From assembly GCF_009914755.1 (NCBI RefSeq), contig NC_060925.1: a stretch of DNA of 64,000 bases; one strand, given 5' to 3'. The notes under the pieces were generated by a model. The model saw only the letters and a list, made by a program, of their open reading frames with translations, searched no databases and was not told where the DNA came from. Positions 40,861 to 54,072 of this stretch are shown piece after piece. The position numbers and the translations under genes were made by a program. Numbering within the stretch: position 1 is the first letter of the stretch; each line of letters opens with the position of its first letter. The DNA is from the human T2T-CHM13v2.0 reference genome, Homo sapiens.

Positions 40861-41827
40861 TGCTCCCTCGCCACCACCATTAACTGAGCACTTACTATGA
40901 GCCAGGATGCCCGCTAAGGCCCTTCCCTGAATTAGCTAAATGTCTTGTCAATGGACATTATTGTCCTCTTTTTACAGATGAGGAAACTGAGGCCCAGAGA
41001 GAGCCACAAAGAGAGTCTGGGAGAGTTGGGATTCAGACCTGTCATTTTGTCTTCAAGCACTTAGTAAGCACCTGCTGAGTGCCAGCCAGTGTGCTTGGTC
41101 GTGGCTTTGCCGTTAAAACCCACATCCTTACCCACTGAATTCAATGCTGCTGGTGCAGGAGCGCTCTTCCCTCTTGGGTGCAGAGTCCATATTTTCTGGA
41201 TTCTCTAGGATGGTCCCAATGGCAACACTTTTTATTCTTTTCAATAAAGATAATTTGTGGTATATATAACCAAATGCACTCTAATGTTTAAATCTTGGTA
41301 ACACTTTTTGCATGAATAAATTCACTCTTCCCTTCCCACTGGGAGTGCTGTGTCTAATGAGAAATTCTCATTTGGGCTGGGAAAATGCGGTCGCTGAACC
41401 AGAGGGATGGGAGCCGGGGCATCTGACTCAAAGCTCAGGGTTCCGGGAGCTGTCTACGTCACACGATGATGGGGCCAGTTGGGTTCCTGAGCACCTCCCC
41501 CTGCTGGAAGATCGTGCAGGCTCCCTGGGCGATCCATCTCACCCACCCTCTTCCCAGTGTCTTCGGCCTCCCAGAGCTTCTTGCTCCCATTCCAGAGCCC
41601 AGGGCCTTCCCCTCTGTCTTCATTTTTCACCACCCTCTGCAGTGCTGTCGTCAGGTCAGGAATGGACCACTGTCAGGCAGTGTGGCTCAGTGGTTATGGT
41701 CAAAGGCTCTGGGACAGGTCTCTGGGTTTGAAGGCCAGCCCCACAACGTGTTGGGTGTGTGACCTAGGCCTCATTATCTGGATGCCCTAGGCTTCAATTT
41801 CCTCATCTGTGAGATGGGGTTAATATT

Positions 41828-42557
41828 GTAGCAGATGCTGTCAGTGCCTGGCTGTACTCTCTGTATTTCTCTCCACCCGCCAAAGTCTGCTTACTGTGAA
41901 TGAAACTCATTGCCTGAGGCAGCATCCCTGGCCAGTGCACAGGGCAGGCCAGAAGTGCAGAGAGCTAGGGCTCCTGGAAGCAGCTCTCAACCAAGGACAG
42001 ACAGGGAGTTCGAGAATGAATATCCCAACTTCCTTTTTTTTTAAAAAAATAAAAAATTTTATTTAGACAGGGTCTCGCTCTGTCGCTCAGGCTGAAGTGC
42101 AGTGGTGCGATCACGGCTCACTGCAGCCTCAACCTCCCCAGCTCAAACAATCCTTGCCTCAGCCTCCTGAGTAGCTGAGCCTACAGGTGTGCACCACCGT
42201 GCCTGGCTGATTTTTAAATATTTTTTGTAGAGACAGAGGTCCCATTATGTTGCCCAAGCTGGTCTCAAACTTGTAGACTCAAGCGATTCTCTCCACTAGG
42301 CATCCCAGAGTGCTGGAATCACGCAGCTTCCTTGCTGTTGGTGTTGATACTTGGAGGTGTATCTTCTACCCTGTCTCGCCTAGTTCCCCAGCAGGGTGGA
42401 GTTCTAGTTGCCTGCAGGAAAGCTGGCTTAATGCACCCAGTATCCTGCCCTGCCTTCCTGCTCCCTCACTGATGTTTCCTGGGTCACTTCCCGAATAAGC
42501 TACCTGCATCTGAATTATTTTCTCAGAGTCTGCATCTCGGGGAGCCCAAACCAAGCC
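41828..42557 (+). mobile_element. ERVL LTR16-like LTR, interrupted by AluJ
   Basis: tgtagcagatgctgtcagtgcc ... gggcaggccagaagtgc ... tttcctgggtcacttcccgaataagctacctgca..ctcagagtctgc. Confidence 0.7.
42035..42323 (-). mobile_element. AluJ (slightly 5'-truncated)
   Basis: agacagggtctcgctctgtc..gatcacggctcactgcagcctcaacctcc. Flanked by repeated cttcctt. Confidence 0.9.
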
Positions 42558-43846
42558 TCAATGTGCCTAGAGTGGGGGCAGCTGTGGGGATCACATGGGT
42601 GAGGATCTGGAAAGCACTGGAGGCGGCCGCATATGCATGCTCCATGGAAGCGGGCACTCCCACATCGTGGCTCCAGTTCCCCAGCCAGACCATGCTTCAC
42701 AGTCGCGTGTCTGCTCCTGCTGTGCCCTCTGCCTGGTTGCCTTCCCATTCCTCTTCACCTGGCTCATGCCAAGACATCCTTCTGGACTCAGCTCAGTGGT
42801 CACCTCTTCTTGGAAGTCTTCCCTGACTACGCCCTGTGCTTGGCTTGGCAGGGGGGATCCCTCTTCAGCGTCCACATAGGCTCCTTCCTCTGTCATGGCA
42901 TTTACACCCAGGATTACCATCCTCTGTGGGCTGCCCCTTCTCCCCACTTATTCTTTGAGGCCTGAGACCACATTTCTTTGCTGCCCAGCTCTCTGGGGGA
43001 GGAGGTAGCCCAGGTGTGAATCTTGTACACCCCTTAGCCCTCTGCTCCCTGTGGCCTTTGACCTGTGTCTGCACACAGGAACCCAGCAAACGTGGCACAA
43101 TGAGGGCTTAGCATCCATCTGAGGAGAGCACGACCAGAGTGAAGCACCCCAGTCTCCATGCCTTCACAACCTTTTCTCTTTCCTCACCACCTCGGGGGTC
43201 ACCCAGCAGGACAGGATGCTGGGACAAGTGGAACTGAAGGCTGGGCATCCAGGCTGATGGGAATTGGCTTTGAGAAGGAAGGATCTTAAGCTCAAGGTCT
43301 CATCTAGTCGGGAGGAAGACAGGGAGGAGGAGAGAGAGAGTTTAAAGCTCTGAGACCTTGCTTTGTCTTGTTTCTATTTATTATAATGACTACTGTCATT
43401 ATTATGTAATGAGGTGAATGGTGGGCCAAAGTTTTGCCCACCTGCCAATGATGAAAAAGAGATAGGTTGACTTTAAAGCAAGAGAAGCTGCAGTCAGACA
43501 AAAGAAGGAACTTCCCACTTTCTGGTTGAGCAGGGTTGGCTGTCATCAAGTTCTCAGCAGGCAGAGAACTTGCTGGAACACAGGGATGTAGGGCAGGGGG
43601 TTGGGGGAGAGGCTGACACACAGAGGACAGGGAGGATGCTGTGGATCACCAGTAGCCACTGGGGCAGGAAGAAGCATATGACTGAGAGTGAGGGACCCGG
43701 AGAGCTAATTCTCTGCTCTACTCTCAACTTGCTGGATGACTTTAGGCAAGTCGCTTTACCTCTCTGGGCCTCCATTTCCTTATTTGTAAAAACGGGGACA
43801 ATAATACATTCCTGGACAACATCTCCAGCTGTTTCACAAGTTATTA

Positions 43847-44200
<354 letters not shown>

Positions 44201-45949
44201 TAAAGCACAGTTTGGATGAAAAATAAACAAAACCAAAACCAACAGGGTGAGGAGAGAAGGTGAGAAACAAGCACGTGCTTCTCTTTCTCTAGCAATCCGT
44301 ATCAGGACAAGGGGACTCCATTTAATGAACAACTACTCTATGACTAGCACCTATAAAGGCCTTAATCCTCACAACAGCCTATGTAGGAGGCTCGTCTCCA
44401 TTTTACAGATGAGAAGACTGAGGCCCAGAGTGGTCAATTAACTGGTCCAACCGGGATTAGAACTCAGGCCTCTCTGACTCAACGCCCTGGCTTGTTCCGC
44501 CTTTGCCACATTATTGGAGCTGTGATGGTCAGATGTTCTACCCTTACTTGATCACCTGATGGTTCTTCTCCCCCTGCCCAAAATGAAGATTAGGATACAA
44601 GACCCAGGAAGTCTTCCCTGGCCCTCGGGCCCTCCCTGCCCCTTCCCAGATGGCCTTGGCTCAATCTGGGACTTCATCATCCACCCAACCAGGCCTCAGC
44701 TGAGAAGGAGCCGGGCTCTGAGCCCAACAGATAAAATCCCAAGCCCCACAGCCAATCCTCGTGGCCTGGCCAGGCATTAGGCAATGCTAATTGCACTGTC
44801 CACAGTGGAGCCTTGTTTGCATATATGCAAATTGGGGGGCTGATTAGCGCTTCCCCCAGATGGGTCAGTTCAGGCCTCTGCCTGACCCCTGTACTGCCTG
44901 GTTTAAAGCACTAGCGAGTGGGACAAATGCCCATCCAGATGGGAGATGCAGCAAGCAGGGGCGGCCTGTGGCCTGGGCAGCCCCCAGTGGCCATTGCCTG
45001 GCAGCTGAAGGGTCCAATCATGACCTGAGTGTTTGGATGGGGAACCAGAGGCTGTGGTCACATGTTCCCCAAGTCCCTACCCAAAGGGTCTGGCCTCTCC
45101 AATTTGGGGGACCCCAGGATGCCCAGAGCCTTCCCTGGGCCTTCTCTCAGGGACAGGACTCATGAGCCTGACCCCACACAGGCCTAGTAACAGCAGATGT
45201 CTGCGGTTCAGCTTCCAAGGCTCCCGCAGATGAGTGGGCATCTGTAGAGGAGGACCCTGGGCCTGCGTCCTTGAGCTCAGCCAGGCAGCTGCTTGGAGTG
45301 CAGCCGTGATTTAATCTCATTGGGCCCTTCTGTCGGGCCTGGGCTCAGGATGCGGAGCTTCAGGACTTCTGTGTGCCATCCCCCACCCCCTCGGCTGTCC
45401 CCTTTCAGGCCGGGACCCTCATCTCTAGGCTGGATGACACAACAGCCTGGACCCTGATCTCCTGCCTCCGCTCTTCCTCTAGACAGTCCCGCTGAGCTTC
45501 TCAAATCACAAATCTGAGCACTCTCCCTCCTGCTTAGAACTCTCCATGGCTCCCCAGTGCCCAGTCATAAAGTGCAAACTCCCGTCCCAGCCCATGCCCA
45601 TGGCATGGGTTTCCAATCCTCGCTTTCCTTGTCAGTGTCCAGCTCCCCACACCACAGACGCCTTGTGGGGGTGGATGAAGTCTTGCTGGAGAATCTGTTC
45701 CCATGGCCTGGCAGAGCCTGGCTGGACTTTCAGAGGCTGGAGGAATCACCTTCCCAGGGAGGCTTCCTGAATGCTGTCTGTGCGACCCCTGGATTTCGTG
45801 TCTTTCAGAAAGTCCTCTGCACACAGGTGACCTGGTAGGCCCGTGCCTTCCCTTCTATGTCTCTGTTAAAGGGTTCTAAAGTCCCTTCTCTGGGCGAGGT
45901 CTTGTCTTTCTGTTTAGGTGGGAGCTCTTAGGTGGTAGGGGGGTGAGTG

Positions 45950-46160
45950 GTGCCCATCAGACTTGGATTCTCTCCCCAAGGCAGGAGCTGTGACTCCCCG
46001 ATCAGACTGGGACCTCACCGGGGCTGGAGCTATGACTCTTTCATCAGATTTGGGACCTCCCCAGGGCTGGGGCTGTGTCTCCCCTATCAGATTAAGGCTT
46101 CGTGATGGCAGAAGACTGTCTCCCTGCATCAGAGTGGGAGCCCCCTGAGGTCTGTGTCCC
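45950..46160 (+). repeat. Degenerate 42-45-nt tandem repeat (ccatcagactgggagctcc..gggcaggggctgtgtct), 5 units
   Basis: ATCAGA anchors at 45956, 46001, 46043, 46086 and 46128. Confidence 0.8.
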
Positions 46161-49100
46161 TAGACCTTGTCACATTTCCACCTTAGGGGAATGTCAGTGT
46201 CTACTCTGTTCCGTTTTCTGTTCCTTGATGTTTCCACGTGGTCCTCTCGGGGAGGAGGCATGCAGAGGAAGGAGGACAGGCCAGCAGGAGCCTCTGCTCC
46301 TCCCATCTTCTCCTTCCCCAGGCCTGGCCCACAGCCCCTTCCCAGGACAGAGCAGCACCTTGGTAAGCCTCAGTCGAGTTGGAAGGATTGAGTCCACAGG
46401 CGGCTCACAGACCTCCATGCCCCGCTGCCCCAGGCTAGGAGCCAAGGGCCCCATGCCCCCTTGGACTCAGTTCCCCAGGTCCCACCCAGAGGTAGGGCTA
46501 CCCCTAGTAACCTCCCTGCCCAAGCTGCCTGTGCCTGAAGCAGCTGTTGGGCTCTGCCCCTGACCCTGAAGAGATCTGGCCCACCTTTCCTTCCATTTAT
46601 TCCTCTGCCCAATTCTGACCTAGCTTAGCCTGGGTCCGGAACCCTCTGGAAGCACCTAGGTCCAGTCCTCCAGTCCCCTGAAGATACCACTAGGTAGTAC
46701 TAGGTGACTTGGTCTAACCAGAGAAGCCTCCAGTAAATAGAGCCCCTTAGACCACCAAGAAAAGCTGCCCAGGACCCTTCAAAGCCAGAGCACGTTGCTG
46801 ATCTGAGAACGGTCAGCCAGAACCTCCCCCTTGTGTCAGCAGGGCCACTCGGACAGAGAGGGTTGAGAGCCAGACCAGAAGGGCAGAGTGAGATTCCTGC
46901 TGGGGCCCTTGTTCTTCGTGACCTTGAGTAAGATGTTTAACTTCTCCGTGCCTCTATTTCCCCATTTGCCACAACTTGACGATTGTGGTGAGAATAAAAT
47001 GAGATAGCAGAAGAGGAGCTTCCCTGATGAGTGATTATGATGGGTGAGTCCCGGGTGCCTCAAAAAGCCTTCCTCCCTGCTGTTTTGAATTATCTGACTC
47101 CAAAAGATAACTTTTTTTATTATTATTCCAAAAGTAATACCCGAAAGCTGGAGATAATTTGGAGCGTTTAGAAAGGCACAAAAAAGAAAATAGCATGACT
47201 CAGAGATGACTGCTGCTCGTGGCATGGTGCTGACCCTGTCAGCCTTTTCTGTGCGTGGGGACAGGGAACCGTGGAGGGAAACAGAGAGGAATTTATGGAA
47301 TATTTTTTAGGAAAGTTATCCTCGGAGTCATTTTTGTGGCTAAATGGCTCCTCCCCACCTTTGTTCCCTGACCCTTGTGTGGGTATCTGAAAGCTGCCCA
47401 TTACCCTGTTCTTGCCACCAATTTCCTCAATTCACACTCCCTATAAACCACCATGGGGAGCTTTATAGGCCCACAAAGGCATTCAAAGTTAATGGCAAAA
47501 CCAACCATGTGAAAACTCCGCTGTAAAATCCACCTCACTCTCTCCCCAGTGCCCGAGCACCCCCAGCCCCTCCTGGTTCCCATGAGGCAGCCTGATACCT
47601 GCCGCCCCAACTGGCACTGGGCCCTGGGACAGAGGGATGGGCAGGCAGAGAGTCCTGGGGGTGACCTTCTTTCCACCGAGGACACGAAGCACACACATCC
47701 TCTTGCCACAACAACACAGATGCAATAAATACGAGGACTGTAATTTATGTAGATGTTTTGAAGTCCAAACAGAAGGGTGGGGAGGGACTAATAAAATGCC
47801 ATCCCTCATGTCGGCTTCTCAGGGCGGCAAATGTGGCAGGTTCATAAGGAATGCGCAGGGCACCTGCCGGCTGAGCGTGGAGGTTAGGGAAGTCCAAATG
47901 ATGCCCTTGGGCTCCCCCGCCAAGGTCGACGCTCTGCCAGGGGATGGAGCCCAGAACCAGGAGGAACTTTGGTTGCTCCTTTATTCCTCCTTCCAAGAAG
48001 TGTTTCCAGGCTCTGGCTCAAACCCTCCTGGGCAGAAAGGGACAGGAGCCTAGCTTGGTCTTTTAGGGGAGAAAAGTGTGGCTTCTGCTGGGACAGTGAA
48101 TGAAGAGTGGGCTTGGCACTGACCCTGGCTCTGCTGTGTGACCTTTGGGCAAATACCTCACCCTCTCTGATCCTGTTTACATATCCATCTAAAGGAGAGA
48201 AAAAGGAGGGTATTATGAGGATTAAGTGCCATACTGTAAGGAAACAGGCAGAGAGGGAATATGTAATCAATGCCAGTTTCTCCCCACTCTCCATTAGTTT
48301 CCGAATTTCTTGCAAACTGCAAAGGACAGATCTCTTGCTATATTTGTGCCAGAACACCGAGTCCAAAGCACTGGGCCTAGCAGGGAGTGAGCGTCCATCA
48401 GTTTGAGGATGGTCCCTTCCTCTGCTTTGTACCAAGAGGGGGATGGGTGGGGTGCAGTATGGAGGTGGGGCAACGTGAGTCTATTCTGGGCCATGTCGTT
48501 GGCTCAGCGGGCGACCTTGACTGAGTCATTTCACTCTCAGGAGAGGCTGGAGCTGAGCCAGTGCACCTTCTCCTGGGCCCTCCTGGGATCACTGCTCCAA
48601 CGCAGGGAGGGATTGGGACAGTGAAGAGTCAGGCTTCTCCCCACACCAGCCCAACCACATGCTGCCCACACCTCCACTCCCTTAGGGGAGAAGTGCCTCC
48701 TTTTGGTCAAGGTAGTAGGAGAGGAACTGAGCGTTCAGCCTTGTTTGATATGTGAGCAAACTGGAATTGGTTTCTGGCCAAGGTTGTGGAGCCACCGAGG
48801 GTCCCGGGTGAGACCAGAATCAGTTCTGACGTGCCCCTCTCCCCAGCCTTTCTTCCACATTTCTCTCTTCATGACGCTCTCCCATCTCTGTCTTCATGTT
48901 CTATCTTAATTGATCCTCATAGCACCCCTGATATGTAGATGAGGAAAGTAAGACTCAGAGGGGTTAAGTGACATATTCAAGGTCACACAGCTGGTTAATG
49001 GTAGGGTAAGAAATAAAACACATGCCTTGTAGCAAACACCAAAAGTAAAAACATGGTCACCCTGATTCCTTGTCTGCCCTTGCTCTCTACGCCTGGTCCA

Positions 49101-49893
49101 GGAACGAGTTCTGGAGGCTCTTCCCCCAATACATCCTGCATCTGGATGACGCTTCCCTCTGACGCCACTGCCACCCCAGCCCAGGCCACCACGTGTCCAC
49201 GCCTGCCATAGCCTCCCTGCTGGTCTTGCGGCTGCCACCCTCATCATCCAGCTCTCCAGGTGTCCAGAGAGATATTATTAAAATGTAAATCAGATCCAGT
49301 CGCTTCCGGGCTTGAACCCCTCCAAGGTCTGCCATCGTGCTTGACATCAAATCCCATGCCTTACTCTCCTTCCTCTGGTGGTGCCTGCTCTCCCACCTCA
49401 CCCTGTTTGATTCTCTCCTGTGCTCATGCCACTCCCACCACTCTGGCCCGCTTGCTTTCTCCCAAGCGTGCTTGTCCAGCCTATGGGCCTTTGAACTCAG
49501 AGCTTCCTCCGCTTGGATCACCCTTGCTGGGATGATCCTAAGACTACAACCTTCCTGTCCTGCAGGGCTGAATTTAAATAAAAAGCACCGAGAAATACCT
49601 TCCCTGACACCACCCCATTGAAATGTCACCTCCTTCCCCTATTTTCCCTTTATATGAATACATCTGAGCCATCTGTCAGGACACTGCTTGCTAGCATTAA
49701 TAATTTTGTTGGTTTTTTTGCTCATCATCTGTTTCCCCACTAGAATATAATTTTTGTTGTGACTATGATGATGAAACATTGTGTACCTCCTACATACCAG
49801 GATGGTTCTAGGTTTGCATATACATAACTTACTGAGATTTGCAACAACTTTGTGAAAGGTACTATTATTATCTCCATTTTTACTGAGGACACT

Positions 49894-50576
<683 letters not shown>

Positions 50577-52042
50577 ACACTGAAGCCCGGAGAAGCTAAG
50601 TCACTTGCCCAAGGCCACACAGCTGGCTAGTGGTAAAGCTGGGATTTGAACTCAGGCAGTCCAGCTTCAGCGTCTAGACTCTGGACCACAACACTAGGCT
50701 GTAAATTGCATCAAGGCAGCAGCCAGGTCTCTTTTGTTTCCTGCTGCATCCCCAGTGCCTAGTGCAAGGCCTGGCACCAGGAAGGTGCACAGTAGATGTT
50801 TGTGGAGTGAGAGGATGTGTGCCACGGTGAGTAAGCATAGACCCTGCCCTCAGAGATATCATATCATCTCTTATTTCATTGCTCAGAAGACACAGGGAAA
50901 TAAAAATAAGAAGTGGAAAAAACAAGCCTGTATAATTCAAAGCATAAACATGTTATCCTTGAATGAGTGAGATTGTTTGTAGTCAAGTACAGAGTAGCCC
51001 TCCTGCCCCTGCACACACAAGTTAGTGTCTTATACTCATTAAAAAAGCCGGAGCATAAACCCAGTGCTTGAGCTAAGTGTGCACGAGTTCTTACGGTGTC
51101 AGCAAGGCGTGCTCACCAGAGTGTGTCTGGCGGCATCCCGGAGACTCTGCCAGGCTAAGTGCATGGAGCAGGGTTCAGAGGTCTGCATGCTCCGTAGTAC
51201 TCCTGCGGCCCACCTTGCCTGGACAACAGCTGGGACAGGCGTGTCACTGACATGTGTGCCTGAGCCCCTCTGTCCAGCCTGGCACAGCCCCTGCTGGCCA
51301 ATGCTGGGACATGGGCCAGCAGCCTGCAGAGGGTGTGTGTGGCCATGGTGGGTAATGACACGTGGAGAGACAGAGGAGCGCTCGGTGTGCAGGGGAGACC
51401 ATGGGAGCAGGGACAGTCTCCGAGGCTTCGGGGCAAGGGACTGATTTAAGTGAACCATGCACAGCGGGGATGACACACACAGAGGGAGGGGGTGGCCATC
51501 CCGGCACGGTTCAGAGGCTCAGACTCATGGCTGTGCTAATCATTAGTGTCAATACCGTGAATGCTGGCGAATCACAGAGCTAATGTTGCTAATAATAAGG
51601 GGTGATATATCCTGACTCCTCAGTCCTGGCTGGGTGCCCGGCCAGCAAGACCTGCCTCCCCAGTACCGCTCAGCTAAATGGCTGAGCCACTCGTGCATGA
51701 GCTCTCTCGGTGGCAGGCCAGCCTGACAGCTTGGCCCAATAGGTCTTCGTAACATGGGCAGATTTGGAAATCCTGGGTGTTTTTCTGAGGCTTCTTTCGG
51801 GGCAGGATCAGCCTGGCTTCACTGATCCATCTCTAGACCCTGGCTCCATAATTTTTCGGCTTTGTGACCTTGGGGAGTCATTTCCCCTCCCCCATTGTTT
51901 CTGCATCTGTAAAATGAGAATCATTCATGTCTACTATAAAAGGTAGTTCTGGGGAGCCTCTGGGATGATGTGGAACTCTGAGCAGAATGCCAAGCGCAAG
52001 TTTCACCATACGCTAATTGTTATTATAATAATTACATTTTCA

Positions 52043-52345
<303 letters not shown>

Positions 52346-53298
52346 GAGAATTTAGGTTTTGGAACCAGGTTGAGCTGGGGTGGAATCCTCTGCTGCCACG
52401 TGCTCTAAGGCCTGGGCCTCTCTGGAAAATGGGGATAGCACCTTCCTTACGGAGGCTGGGAGGATTGGAGACAGTCCACTTGTGACAAGGAGGATGGTGC
52501 TTGGCATGGCGGGGGGGTCTCAGGATACTTAAGGTAGTTTATAGGTTTTAACTGAGTTCCTGCCGTGTGCAGTCACTGTGCCCTGCCCTGGAGATACCTG
52601 TCCCCGATTCTGTGTTAGCTGTAGGTGTTTGAGTCAGTGTGGCCAGAGACAGGAATGCTGGCCTCCTTGGAGATGGGCTTAAGGGGCTAGGCGAGACCGG
52701 TAACTTCATACCTACTTCAGGGCCAGGTAGTCCACATACATTTGACCGCTCTCTCCTCCTTGAATTCCAGAGGGGACTCAATCCATCTCAGCACCTCCCA
52801 GGGAGCTGAGAGCCCTGAAGTCAGTGCAGTGTCCTCCGTCACCAATGCCATCAAGATACCCCATCAGGGACTCCAGCACTTTCACTGGGGCAGTTGCCCC
52901 CCTCACCAAGGTCTCGCTGAGTGGGATCACAAATGCCAGTACACTCTGGATCATTCTGCTGGTGGGGCAAGAGTGGCCCCTGAGCTGATGGGGCGGCCCT
53001 AGCCCCAAATCCCTGTCATGTCCATTACCACATCAGCCTCCCAGCTTAGTGCCATCGGGAAAAAAAGCAGGGGTGGTGCCTGTCCCAGTTGGCACCAGAG
53101 AAAACAAAGGCTCAGGCAGGGTATGTGACCTGAGCAAGGTCTCCGGATGGCTGTGGCTCAGCCCTGATGAATCACAGAATACCTGAGCGTCCCAGGGCCT
53201 CTACCCAGGCTGTATCCTCTGTGTGGAGGGACCTTTCATCACTTCATTTAGGTCTCTGTTCAAATCTTCCCTTGTCAGAGAGTCCTTCATGAGCCACT

Positions 53299-53905
53299 TG
53301 TCACAGTCAGGGTAATTAACACTAGCTGCTGTAACAAACAATTCCAACCTCTTCTTGACACAGCACAGTAAAAGTGTATTTTTTGTTCATGCAAAATCAA
53401 ATGCATTTATTCCTGGTCAGAGGCTCCCCTGAGCACTCACATCCAGGCAATGGTTCTGGGGGCCCAGCCTCTTTCATTTTGTGCCTCTGTCATCCCTGGG
53501 AGGTTCCCCGCTGGATCCTCTGTATTCAGTCTGCTGAAGAGTGAAGAGAAAGATCACATGGAGGCTCTGACCTAGAGTTTCAAGGGCCAGGTCCAGAGTG
53601 GCATATACCATCGACATCCACATTCTAGTGGCCAGAGCAGGTCACATGGCCAAATCCAACACTGATGGGGAGGGACAGTGCATGCCACATATAACAGGCG
53701 GGGGAGAGGAGTGAATAATTCACACCATGGTAGAGGATTTCACAGGATGTCTGGGGCCAGGCCTGGGCGACACTTATTCCCTGCTTCCATGGACCACAAC
53801 TGACTCACACATCCTCCTTAACTGCAGGGGGCTGTGGGGGGCGGGTCTTGGAAATACGGAGAAGCTCATGGATATCGGTGAAAACTGACAGTTTCTGCCC
53901 CACAA
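53299..53905 (-). mobile_element. MLT1-type MaLR LTR
   Basis: ctagctgctgtaacaaaca..cacattctagtggccagagcaggtcacatggcc..tgacagtttctgccccaca. Confidence 0.65.
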
Positions 53906-53944
53906 CCTAGTAATTAAAGAGATCCTAGTAGTGCTTCTCATCAT

Positions 53945-54072
53945 GTGGGTGACCGTATAATTCATCTTCCAAATGGGACCATTTTAAGGTGAAAGGGGTC
54001 ACTAATGATTATCCTCTGAACACTGGGTTTCAAGCAGGTTGCTCCAGGGATTTGGGGCACGTGGTCACCCTA
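53945..54072 (+). mobile_element. MER81-like hAT-Blackjack MITE
   Basis: TIRs gggtgacc / ggtcaccc. 8-bp TSD ctcatcat (53937-53944) / ctcatcac (54073-54080). Confidence 0.75.

Noticed and set aside
45950-46160. CRISPR-like repeat-spacer periodicity
   Set aside because: Primate DNA. Units are degenerate tandem copies without unique spacers, and there are no cas genes.
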